A stretch of DNA of 64,000 bases from Chrysomallon squamiferum (Eukaryota > Animalia > Mollusca), in NCBI GenBank assembly GCA_012295275.1, contig CM022672.1:13950001-14014000 (forward strand), in the 5' to 3' direction. The notes below the pieces were generated by a model, which was given only the letters and a program-made list of their open reading frames with translations, did not search any database and had not been told where the DNA came from. Position numbers and translations under genes: made by a program. This document shows positions 32,066 through 45,471 of the stretch, one piece after another; the stretch's first letter is position 1, and each line of letters starts with the position of its first letter.

Positions 32066-33256
32066 CGCAACATTCCAAATACATTGACTTCTACTGTGCA
32101 TCAAAATGTCTTAATATCAAATAACTGAAATAATACACTGTCTACTTTAACAAATTTTAATACTGAGAAATTTTTGTACAAAAAAACAATGTCATTTTCT
32201 ATCGTTACTGTTTGTAAACTGTAATAAGTTGATGTATCTGTGAAATTAGAAATAAGAGATCTGAAATGTTTACTGGACTGGTACCGAACATTCTGTAAAA
32301 ATAAAATAGAACCAATTGTTTAGATTGGGGACCCTTCCCCTGAAGCCCCACTGCCACCTCTTTTCCTACTACAGAATGGTTTGATTAATGTTACAATGAC
32401 TAGATATGAACACACATGCACTTGCACACACACACACACGTACATAAAGAAAAGGTTGTCTTAAAAGTGTAACATTTGTAGCTATTTAATACCTTTCAAT
32501 AAAAGGCTTTATGTTGGATTTTACAAAATGATTTTAATATTATGTTAACTTGTCAATTTAAAGGCTGAAGTCTCTCCTAAGCAGTTTCACTTAACAAGCA
32601 TTCAAAGATTTTGACCAGACTAACAAGTCTTGAAATATAGTGCATATTCTGCAAGAATGAAGATTCAGGATCACATTATGGAAATGTGCAAAAGTTGCTA
32701 ATAACAAATGATTTTATCCACTTTTAAATGTTATTTTCAACAAAAAAAAAAAAATTAAAAATAAAAAATGAAAGAAAAAAGTAATAAATAAATGAATGCT
32801 ATCATTTTATGATTTTATATATTTTTTTTATTTTGTACTTATAATGAGTCTGTACTTCACAATTAATAGTTGCTTATTAGGAAAACAAGAAAATGCAACA
32901 GAATAAAACAAGTTTATTGAAAACTGTAACGGTAATAACAGTATTACAAACAACAAAATTGTTTATTTTCATTTTATTCAGAATATATTTAAAAAAAAAA
33001 AAAAAATAAATACTATGAAAGTAATGAAATGTGCAAAATATGAAATACATTTTTTTTTAAAGTCAAAAAGAGTCTCTCTGGAAGAAATAACAAATCACCC
33101 AAATTAATAACATGTTGTATTAAGAAGGAAAACAACTAACAGACACCTAGAAATTAGCCTCAATGTATTCTGTAAAGTTCAAAGTTATTTTTTATTTGGT
33201 CAGCCACGTAGTTTGTAGATGATTCATTCCTATTGCAACAAGTACACTTTAAATTG

Positions 33257-33573
33257 CTAACTCTTGACATAATGTTCTTGTGTTTTCTTCATCAAACTTT
33301 CTCTCATGTCCTCATTTTCTATTCTGTTAACTGCTTTGAAAATTGGTTCCCAAAGAATATGAATATCGTCTGTGATTTTCTTGGAAGATGTTAACCGGTC
33401 CATTAATTCTGTGAATTTAGCCAGGATGTCCAGCAGAAGAACAAACAAAGCTTCAGAAAGGTCAGAGGTCAAGAGCGTTGTGATGATGCTTATGTGACAA
33501 AATATCTGAGTTAAAGTAAATGTTGCAACATGGTGGTCATATTCCAAGAAGTTTTCTTCAGTCAAACTCTGTG

Positions 33574-33611
<38 letters not shown>

Positions 33612-34478
33612 TTATGATTAATAAATTTTATATAGGAAAAATATAAAAGTTAAAGATATAATGATGTAACATAATGTAGTTCCTTGCATTAATAACTTTA
33701 TGTACTACTCTATCCTAATTAAAATATTATTTAAAAAATAATTTGTTTCAATGTTCAAAAGATCTTTGTAGATAATATTGAAAACAGGTAAACACATTAA
33801 TTTTTGTGTTTTCCTAATGTTAAAATGAAAAGCTAATATGTTAAGACTAACACTTGTTACTTTTTATCTCTTTGCTTGATAAAATGTCTTAGTGAGAGTA
33901 AAAGAAACTGAAATTATTTACAACAAAGTTGATGTAGGTATGACCAACTGGTTATATAAATAACCTTAATATCAAAACTACAAGTATGTTTTAAATATGC
34001 ATGAAAGATACAGGAGGGAAGGAAGGAGGGAGAGAAAGTGAGAGAAAGATGAGAGACACACACAAAGAAAAAGATGTTTAGAACGTCACCTTCATGACAG
34101 CAACGTAACATGTTAACATGTGTCTCAGTGCAAACTGCGAAACATCTTCAGGAATTTCCACAACCAAAACAAAAACTTCCATGAGAATCTGTGATAGCTG
34201 AAGTGTGCCTTTCAAGACTGGGATAAATTGAAATGAAAAACATTTTTATATACCACTAAAAGGAACAAATAAATAAATAAACAATAGAGAAAACATATTA
34301 TATATACATTGGATAAAATTGAGTTTAATGCACTAACTAACAAAAGGACTTCCTTTTATTTCTTTATAATTTTTTTGTACTTTTTTAAAAGTAACAAGAG
34401 GTCTGGAAGCCCTTTTGCAAATAAACTGTTCATCTATCTATCTGTCTATGTATCTATGTATCTGTCTATGTATCTATG

Positions 34479-34521
<43 letters not shown>

Positions 34522-34637
34522 ATTCTTTTGAAAAACAATCTCAATAACCAAAATGTCTCTCTGAATGTGTGAAACTAATACAAGAAACATCTTTAATTCT
34601 TATCTTAGTAAATTTGACTAACAAATACAAATACATA

Positions 34638-34700
<63 letters not shown>

Positions 34701-36009
34701 CTAAATTACTATTTCATTAAATATAATAAAAAAGAAATGTTAAACTATGTCTGATCATGGACTGACTATATATATATAAAAAAAAAACATTTTGAACTGG
34801 AAGCATAAGAAGCAAATCCTATTACAGATCTTAAATTATCGTCTTGTCACCGAAGCATCAAAACTCTTTTACCCATTATTTCTTTTTATATTTTTATTAT
34901 TAATAAAGTATTTTTTACATCATAAAGATTAGTCACCTTCAAAATCACACAGATGAATACAGTCTTGGAAAAACAGTTTAAACTGAAACTCTGAAGTGCT
35001 CGTTGACAACATGTTCTTTATGTAGAAGCAGATTCTTTTAGCTTCTTCCACTGTAACACTGGGCAATACCTAAACAAAACAGTTTTAACTAAAATATTAC
35101 TAGTGTACTATTAAAAAGAAAATTTTGTTTGTTTTATTTGAGTATTGCAGTGATTTCCTATATGAGAAATTCATTCTCAAGATAATTAATTAACCAGAAT
35201 GTTTTTTTAAAAAGAATTGATGACATAAAGACTGAAATCTGTCCAAAAATAATATTAATTTCTAAAACAATATTATTATGCATCTAAACAAAAGAATTTA
35301 CAATTCTTATATTGGCACCTTAGAAAATGGATTTTTATTTGATACATATTCTAACATTCACCTAAAATATGATGGATATAATGATAATAACTGAATTTTT
35401 GGTGGGGCTAAGAAATATATACTCAGTGCCTTTATAAATGCTGGAATACAGTATGTAATAAAATAAGTAAAGATAATGTGAACACAAAACTGACCTGTAA
35501 CAGGGACACAACTATCTCTTCAGCTGTAACTGAACGTTCAGATGTCACTGGCTTTAAACTCTCTTCAGACTGAGAAATTAATCGCAGCAAAGAAACATAG
35601 TTTCCATCTTAAAAAAGAAAGAGTTTTTACAATATATATATATTCACACACACACACACAAACATATAGTTACATAAACACAGACTCAGAAACGCACATG
35701 TGCATACACAGACAGCCACAAACATACATGCACTTCCATGTATTTACTATCACATGAACAAATATATTACTGAAAGAGAAATATAAGCAAGCTTTTTTAT
35801 TTATTTGCTTATAAATGTTCAAAATAATAACTAACTAATAATTGATCGAAATATAGAAAACAAAACATAATTTTATCTGCTTAATTGGACTAAAAATAAG
35901 AAAACAAAACATAATTTTATTTATTTAATTACAGGTTCAATTTTAAACATCTTGAAAAATGTCGTAAAAATATCACAGAGCTTAATTCTGTAGTCAAACA
36001 AAAGGAAGT

Positions 36010-36062
<53 letters not shown>

Positions 36063-36210
36063 TCATTTTAAACATATACTTTGCTTTAATTATTAATAAT
36101 TTGTAATAAATTATATAGATACAAATTATTTAGATTAATACCTGAGATCAAATGTCTTGTAACATCATGGAACTGTTAAAAAAACAAATAAAAAGAATAC
36201 AATAATAATT

Positions 36211-36272
<62 letters not shown>

Positions 36273-36723
36273 GATAAAAAAAATAAAATAAATAATTACA
36301 TCCAAACACACACACACACAATAATTCAAAATTACATTTTAATATCAAAAAGCAGTTTCTATAAACTTCTATCTAAACTGAATGAAATTGGGGATGATTG
36401 TCAGATATCAATTATAGATAATACACTGGTAAGAACAAATATAACAACATCAACAATAACAATAACAATAACAGCTATAGCAACAATAATAATAATTGCA
36501 TAAAATTTCTTAACAAACTTCTTCAAATAACTTTTCTTTTGTGAAATTCCACAGTATTTGTTTTCAAAAATTTAAATTCAATGTAATTGTTAATTGCAAA
36601 CCATGTTTATGTCTGTCTGTCCGTGCAGATTGCTGAGTGCAATATGTAATCTCAACAAAACTGTCCAGTCAAGCTGTTTCACCTCATTAAGCAGCCAGGT
36701 AATTTCATAATCTATACAAAAAG

Positions 36724-36758
<35 letters not shown>

Positions 36759-37505
36759 ATTAAAATAAACCAACAAAAAAAAAAAAATAAAAAAAGGAAA
36801 TGAAACAAAATAACACATAAATACCAGTTTTAACATTCAATGATGATAAAGGGGAATTTTTTTTTTTAACTTAGCATTTAACTCATTTGGCTAAGGCAAA
36901 ACCTGTTTTTTGGTCAAATATATTTTTTTCAGCAACAGTTTCTGACTACAGACGAGAGCAAAGCCTTTAATAATGATAATAATAATAATACTGACACCAT
37001 TAACAGTAACAGCAACAACAATAATTGTTTTTACCACTTTTACCATTAACGGAATCTCAGTTAAGCATTAGAGAAGAAAAGAACAATACAAAAATTCAAT
37101 CAATTAACAAAATACCATCAATAACCACTTGTTCCGTCTTAAGCAACATCACCAATGACGACCAGCAACGGTTGCACACTTCTTTAACTGTCACCTTGGT
37201 AACAAAATGCTCTGGGTCCCTGGTGAGGAGGACACATTCATGAAGCAGATTACAAAGACACAATATTAGTGGGCAAGGGTTTAGAACTTCCAGCAGGTGA
37301 CTGGACTTTTCACTACCAAGGTTGTCTATTACCGCAGTCAAAATGTGTAAAGCAAAATCTACAGACATTGGCTGATCTGATTTGTAGATCCCATCCACAC
37401 CAATAAACGGAAGAACTGTTCTTGAGATAAACTCAGCAGGTTCTAATATTGGCAGCTCGTGTAAAATGTTTATACCAAACTGTCTTTCGAACTTCTGTAA
37501 AATAA

Positions 37506-37576
<71 letters not shown>

Positions 37577-37937
37577 TGATGATGATGATGTTGACACTAA
37601 CGAGAACTATAATAATTATGATGATAACAAAAACTAAATTAAAATACAGCTTTTTCAAATGTGAAAGTTATTATTACTTGTCAATAACATTAAGAAAGTA
37701 ACAACAACAACAACAACTGTAACCAATAAAAATAATTATCATAAAAAACAAACTATAAAAAAATCAACAATAAAACAAAATAAATGTAACTTAAGCAAAT
37801 AATTTGAAATTAAAATTATCACTTGTCTACATATTATTTAACACACTGGTTACTTACATTTGTTTTGTAATTTTTCTGTTTCCAATAATCACTTTATCAC
37901 AGAAAAAAAAAAAACAAAGCCCCTAATAATAATAATA

Positions 37938-38009
<72 letters not shown>

Positions 38010-41000
38010 TTAAGAAAACAGAAAGAAATGTATAAAGTATAATATTCCTACCTGGACTGCTGAAACTATAAACTGGATGACATTTTTTTGTTCTTTTTCT
38101 TTCAGGATCTCAGATGTCAGGCAGGTGTTGAGGATGTTTGTCAACAGAGAATGATCAGAATGTAAAACAGGATGAAAACTTCGACACAAGTCTGGTAAAC
38201 TGTGCAAAATCTGCAGGCAAAAACATATCCAAAACTTTTATATTTTGATAAGCAAAAGATAAGAAAATAATTAAATTAGAGCAGTATTTCTTGTTGTTTC
38301 AAATGATTCATGTTCCATGCTTCAAACTCATACAACAGTTTTTTTTCTCCAGATACTTATATTTATCAGTCAATCAGACTTTTGCTATCTATTTTTAAAA
38401 GGTATTTTTTTATCTTTGTGTCTGTGCATGCATGGGTGTGTGGGTGTCTGGGTGTTTGTATTTCCTTCTCTGATCCTTTACAGAAATGTACAAACCTCTA
38501 ATACAACAGGAATCTGTCCACCATTTCTGACTGCAGTTTCTACAACTTTCTTTAGTACATAAAGTGGATCTTGTAAAGCCAGACAAAGAACAGCATTCAG
38601 AAGTTGCTAAACACAGAAAAAACAAACAAACAAAAAAAAGGTTCTTAAAGCATGTTATAAAAAAAACAAAAATGGAAACGAAAGCTGAAATTAAATGTAG
38701 ATAAAATAAATGAAACATATTCTTTTTTCCACAGAACCTTACATCAGAAATGTAATAATGTATTTTACAACATAACTGAATAATTTGGAAATTAATTTAT
38801 AAAAAAAAATAAAAATAAAAATAAATAAATAAAAAGGAAAAGTAAAGATAGAAAATAGTTCCTCTGTCAGTCTGTGAATAAATGTATTTATTAAACAGCA
38901 GATCAGTAAAACTTGTTATCCACAGATTTCATGTTGCATCTATACAGAAGTGAAGCTGCAAAAACTACGAGACAAACCTTGTCTAATGAATCTGAGGTGA
39001 ACTTGTTAAATATGACAGTGACATCTTTTTCAAATGTGCCAACTGAAGCCAAGCTTCTCGAGTCTGGTCCTTCCAAGTAGCTGTCAACAATCAACTTTTC
39101 CTGAATTATGACAGGCAGTTCAGAAAACACTGCAAGAAGAATCTGTAAATAAAAAAAAAAAAAAAAAACAACAACAACAACAAAGAAATATAAATAATAA
39201 ATAAAATGAATGGAATAAAATACTTAAATAAATAAAGAAATAAATAAAACACAAGTCAAAATTTTATAGAGTTTCTAGTTTTTGAATTAATTTCATTTTA
39301 CGTATGTGTATATATGAAAACCTCTTTAAATTAGTATTTTAGATACCACCTACAAATAACATCATCAATAAACATACAATCATAAACTAAGTAAAAACAT
39401 GATTTATCCTCCCCAAAAATCTATTTTTAAATACACTTTTTCTAAACTTAAAAATCTGCTTATATATATTTATGCCGCACAGTTTAAACATTTTCATCCT
39501 TTTTCTTTTGCATTTATTTATTTATTTTAATTAGTATTTATTTATTATTATAATATATTTTTTGTTGTTGAAATTATAATTTTTAAGTTGTTTGTTTATA
39601 AGTTACTGACTGTTTTCACATTGTTTAGTGCCTCTGTTTTTTCTGGATGATTCTGCAGGCCCTGTTGTATGATGTTCTTCATCTGTTTAATATGATCAAC
39701 TTCACAGAACAGGTCCAAATTCAACAGCAGATTTTCACAGACACTGGTGACAATAAACAGTTCATTTATTAATTAATTAGAGAACATTTAAAAAAAGTTC
39801 AGGATTTTAAATGTGATATAACTAACTTTAGAATCCTTAAACTGTTTCAGACATACAATTAATTTATTAATTAAAGATGATTTAGAAAATTCAGAAATTT
39901 TAATTGGGATATTTTTGATTTTAGAAAACAAATAAAGATTTATTTTTTAAATGATTTTTTTTTTCCTTACTTCTGTTTACTCCACCACTTTAAGTCGACA
40001 TCCATCAAAATGTTTTTCAGAACCTCTGAAACAGTAAAATTTTTTCCAGATAAGTGACATTCTTTAAACACATAAACAGATAAGTGATTTCAGTTTGAAA
40101 CAAAATACAGAAATCTTTGGGGAAATTATTTTCTTTAATAATTTTTACATACATTATATATATATATATATATAAATATATTATTAATTTTATGTGATTA
40201 ACCTATTTACTGCTGTATAACATCCATTTGATATTCAACATTTACTTATATTATATTTACTATATATCTACATTTAAAATTATAGATCTGTTATATAACT
40301 GAAGATCAGTAACAGTGTTAATATATTTTATTTTATATTACCATCACAACTTGGAAGTCTATGTTCCAAAATGTCTTCTGCATCAAAACTAATACTCTGA
40401 TTCTCTTGTTTACTCATTTCTTCTTTAACTGCTTCATTGTCACACAAAATCTGTTGAGTAATTAGGATAATGACATCAACATCTACCTTGAGACCTATGA
40501 GTCCAGCCTCTGATAACAAAGCTAAATATTTTTCATCCTGAAATATGGTAAAAAAATTCAGGGCTAGAGATTCGACTGTAAATACAAAGATTTTGTCTGA
40601 AGCAAACATTATAGTATCTTGCAAGTGAGGACGTAAGCTACTTCTTGATAAAGTATCTTTAACAGTAACACACACAATATTTAAAGTTTCCATCCATGCA
40701 GAAAATGGGAAGTTAAAAGTCAGTGGCTGAATGCTGACCTCTTCTGATTCTCTATTTCGGTTTTTAAACCAAGAACAAAATGTCTTAAACGTTACGCAGT
40801 GTTTTCTGTTAGTTGTCTCTTCAGCTCTGATAGCATTGTTAAGCATTGCATTAATGTTCTGCCTGGCATCTTCCAGTGGACTTGACAAAATCGCTGACAA
40901 CATTAGCTGGTTGAGAACTGTTATCAAAAGTTCTAAATCTGAGGATGTATTCGTGGTCAAAAACAAAAATATCTTGTTGAGCAAAGTCTCTATGGTGGAC

Positions 41001-41219
41001 ATCTGTGCTTGAAAAACTGAATGTTCCCTGCTGTGATCTGAATGTTCCCTATTGTCTTGTATCCAAAGAGAAATCCATCTGGAAACAACACATTCCAGTG
41101 CCACTAATACAAGATGTCCATCCAGGCTGTCCACTGATTGGTATGTAGCATGGTCCATAATAGATGATATAAATTTGAGTGAAGTGTCTGTATCCAAAAC
41201 AGACAGAGCCTGGAAATAA

Positions 41220-41307
<88 letters not shown>

Positions 41308-42530
41308 TTCTTAAATAATCCAAAATAAACGGAAAGCAAAATAGACAGATCATTCTAACCGTTTTTTTTAAACCTTTTAGGATATAAAAAAAAAGGAATA
41401 TGTGACTTTGTAAGCTGAATTTAAAATGTTAATGTAATTAAATTTAAAAAAATGAAATATGTAAACATTATTATGACGTGCACTGATCTGGGAAGTAATT
41501 GAACAAATACCTCAGTAAGTAACTGAAACCAGTTCTCCATTTTGACAATTTCCATAAAAGCTGTCAGTCTCAAAGGAGGTAACTGCTGACAAATGAGATC
41601 GAGAGAACACGAAGGATTAACATGGCTTTCTGCCATTGCTGGAGAACTGCTGACTTCCTTGGACTGAAGTACTCGCTTGAACAGTATTGAAAAAACTTTG
41701 AGTCCCCAGAACTCTTGGTCTATATCCTGTCGTGGCTTCTCCAGTCCATTTACAATGTCGTGTACAGCCGGTCCAATTATCTTAATAAATTTTGAACATG
41801 GTTTTCTCTCTTCTTCTTTTCCCTGGAATGAAAAAAAATAATAAAAAAAAAATAATAAAAAAATAACAAACAATATATGACAAGTTACGTTATTTAGAAT
41901 AAAAGGCATGTACAAATAAATGTATGTGACTATAGAAAATAGTACAATTATAGATAAACATATATTACCTATTGTTTATTATATTAAAAATAAAGACTTA
42001 GGTAAAATTGTATGGCTACTGAAAATATGTAAAAAAATATTTGTTTCAAAATACCTATTATTTTTTTATTTTTGTTTTAGTCAAGATGTCTAATTATATC
42101 TGTGCAAGTTTCCCACCATTAACAAAAGTGTATATGTATGAAAGTTTACTGAGCTAAGACTGACGATTTGTGGGAGTAAAACACTTAGCTTCAGTTTAGC
42201 CAAAACTTTCGGCTTTGCCTGATCAAATGTTTCTGACATCACTGAATAGATAATAAAGTACATTTATTTTTAATTATTTATGTATTTTATATTTTTGGTT
42301 CGACTGGAAAAAAAAATAGTTCTAGATATTAGTTTGTTCTCATTCAGTCTGACTAATCGTAGATAGTTACATAGTATTCAGTTGTCGAGCCTTAAGACTA
42401 AGAGTCTTATGTTTTGTAATTTAAATTTGTTATAATTTGATATTACTGAGATTTCTCAGAATTATTTTACCTCTGCAGAAGCAAGAACTAACGCAGAATT
42501 AAGAACTGCAATTTCTGGTGAAAATTCCAT
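33257..42530 (-). CDS. GEMIN4: Gem-associated protein 4 (SMN complex), multi-exon (~14-15 exons; not all boundaries resolved)
   Basis: Start MEFSPEIAVLNSALVLA (42530-42471), then 41822-41511, ~41209-40341 and further exons to 33257. Peptides GTFEKDVTVIFNKFT, ILEPAEFISRTVLPFI, PCPLILCLCNLL, WLLNEVKQLDWTVLLRL and FTLTQIFCHISIITTLL...EALFVLLLDIL match recalled human GEMIN4 segments (GFQEDLNTTFNQLT, LLEPDEVLKEFVLPFL, PFPLLFSLCQLL, WLHRKLEQLDWTVGLRL, FVYTQVFCHALHIMAML) in collinear order. Confidence 0.85.
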
Positions 42531-43428
42531 GACAAGTTTTAAAATATAGATATATTATTATGTAAAGCTATCATTTTATCGTGGACGTAATAACAAGAAG
42601 GTGTCTATAATTACTTCCCTTTAAATTTTAGTTTTCATTTATTTGTACCCCATTTACTTCCCTCCATAATGTTAACAGCATCAAACTTTTTAATCAAACG
42701 AACATCTAATATCAAATATTGAAATATTCTTCATTTCTTTCTTTCTTTCTTTCTTAATTTTGATAATTTAATCAAAATACAAATCCATTTATTCTGGACA
42801 TGGAGAAAGATTGGGCTCTTTAAGCAACTTAGCATATTAAACATTAATTCTTATTTTATTGTTAATGAAAGTTATACTTAGATAACTCGAACGGGTAGAA
42901 ACAAATATGCGCATATAATTATTCGTTAAGTTATATTGTACAAAATGGATTGTAAAATATCTAATTTAAACAGATCCACAAAATATTTAACTGTTATCAT
43001 TTTTTAAGACGGTAATATCCAAAGTACTCACGGCAAAGACGTCAAGAGAATTAAGTACTTAAACTAAAAATAAAACAATATTGTTTAAATCGTTCCTGCA
43101 TTCCGTCGTTATTTAAACTTTATTGTATTATATATTTTCATATTTTCCATATTAAGTGTATATTTACACACATATATCTTGTTTTAACATTCAATGATGA
43201 TATGACAAATGATAAATAAAAGACAACAGACTTGATAAATATCTTTTATAACAATATATTTCTCTGACGGTTACAGAAAACCGAGATTCCTCAAAATTTT
43301 GCATATAACCTCTGTCATTATCCTGAAAAAAATAGAGAAGAAATTAAAGATTATAAATCTGTATTAAAATACATTTTACACGTACACATACATAGTAAAG
43401 GAAAAGATGAAGATAAACAAAAGACAAG

Positions 43429-43433
43429 ATTGT

Positions 43434-43501
<68 letters not shown>

Positions 43502-43861
43502 TAAATAATAAAATAGAAGAAGATTAAACATATTGGTTATACGTTAATGACGATATGTTTGATACGTGCGTTTGCGTGTGTTAATGTGTGCGAGGCGCTT
43601 TTGATAATATATAGATATAAGATAATATGATAATATATGATAATATGAAACATAATATATGTTTGCGTGCGTTTATGCGTGCAAGGCGCTTTTGATAATA
43701 TATAATATGTATATAAATATATATATATATGATAATATATTATATATATATATATATTATCAAAAGCGCCTCGCACGCATAAACACACGCAAACGCACAT
43801 ATCAAACATATCGTCATAAACGTATAACCAATATGTCTAATCTTCTTCTATTTTATTTATT

Positions 43862-43928
<67 letters not shown>

Positions 43929-43933
43929 ACAAT
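43429..43933. repeat. ~500-bp foldback (long inverted repeat) with ~185-bp arms
   Basis: ATTGTAAACTAT-(AAT)n-..AGAAGAAGATTAAACATATTGGTTATACG..GAGGCGCTTTTGATAATAT is mirrored by ATATTATCAAAAGCGCCTC..CGTATAACCAATATGTCTAATCTTCTTCT..(ATT)n-ATAGTTTACAAT. Confidence 0.93.
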
Positions 43934-44088
43934 ATAACACCGATCTTTATATGACTGTGTTTTTATAAACGATAATTCCTCTGACAGTTAAGCCTACCCA
44001 ATTTAATATTTTCTTCTTAATAATAATAAACTAAAATATACCATAACGTTATAATTAAAAACTGTTAACATGCAGGATAATTATTATA

Positions 44089-44528
44089 CAGGGTGTCCAA
44101 TAAGTTTCCATACATAGGAAAAAATAAACGTTTTTATATGAAAAACCATTTTTATTTACATAATATGCTCTACGTGACTGCCATTATGTTGAAAACACAT
44201 TTCAGTGTGCGTCCTCCACTGCTGAAGATCACGTTCAAGCACAGCTGGAGTTATCCTTGTAATGGCGTTGGTCATACGTTGCTTGAGATAATTTATGTTT
44301 TGTATCTTTTCCTTAATACACCATGGCCTTCAAATGCCCCCAAAGGTAAAAATCAAGCAGGGATGGAAAAAATCTCTTCTTGCAACATTTTGAGATACTT
44401 ATCAGCATTAAGATTCCTATCAACGAAAAATGGTCCAATACTTCTGCCACTCCATATCCCGGCCCACACCATAAAAAAAAATATACAATGTTAAAAACCA
44501 CATGCATGGAAACCTATGGGACACCCTG
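44089..44528 (-). mobile_element. Internally deleted IS630/Tc1/mariner element (DDxD-type transposase remnant)
   Basis: 27-bp TIRs CAGGGTGTCC(A/C)ATA(A/G)GTTTCCAT(A/G)CAT flanked by TA on both sides. Internal minus-strand remnants MVWAGIWSGRSIGPFFVDRNLNADKYLKML and LDFYLWGHLKAMVY*...CFQHNGSHVEHIM*. Confidence 0.92.
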
Positions 44529-44591
44529 TAGATTTTTACACTTATAACTGAAAGAAAGAACTACAGTTAACTGCTCACCAGAAGGTAAGAA

Positions 44592-45226
44592 TTATGATTT
44601 GTCACACACTTGAAATTTCCAGCGACTTTCTCTGCAGTTATGAAAATATCTTGTTATGAATCGATGCATTTTAGAAAAATACGTAATATGACGTAAAATT
44701 AGCATCAAGCAGCATAGTTATTTTAATCACACACACACACACAAACACACACAAATACATACACACACACACACACACAGACTGATGCATACATCTGTGT
44801 ATGAAACAACATAGTTTTCGTGCATGAGAGTGTATGTGTATGTGTGTAATTAAATGCAATTATTTATAGACGTGATAATCTTCATTTGCAGCAAAACCTT
44901 TTTAACTCATTTTTTTGTTTCTCTCCTTATATATACTTACTCATTATAGTTGCTATATGCACTAGAAACACCCGTCAGAACCTTGCCGTATGGTAATTCA
45001 AAGTTGAAATAGCCTTCGTAATAGTCTCTGTCAACAGGAAGCATTGTGCAGTTCTTAATGGTCGTGCCTAGAAAGACAGTATATTAAGAGACATTGGGAT
45101 GCGTACAATAATAAAATCTCTTGTTGCTAATTAATATGATATGAGTAGAGTAAAACCGTATGATTCAGTTCGTGCTCGCGTATATATGTGTGTATATATA
45201 TATATGGATGCACGTATGTACGTTCG

Positions 45227-45261
<35 letters not shown>

Positions 45262-45438
45262 ATAAGTATATACGTGTATCATGTTTATATGCAATGCATG
45301 TATGTGTATGTATATATGTATGCATGCATATATGCACGTCTGTGTGCGTCTGTATGTATATATGTATATGTATGTATGTATGTGTGTATGTGTGTGTGTG
45401 TGTATATATGTGTGTATGTGTGTGTGTGTGAGTGTGTT

Positions 45439-45471
<33 letters not shown>

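Noticed and set aside
42150-42242. Exon-like segment in GEMIN4 intron 1
   Set aside because: It begins with TGA in the required phase, and the flanking exons already join in frame.
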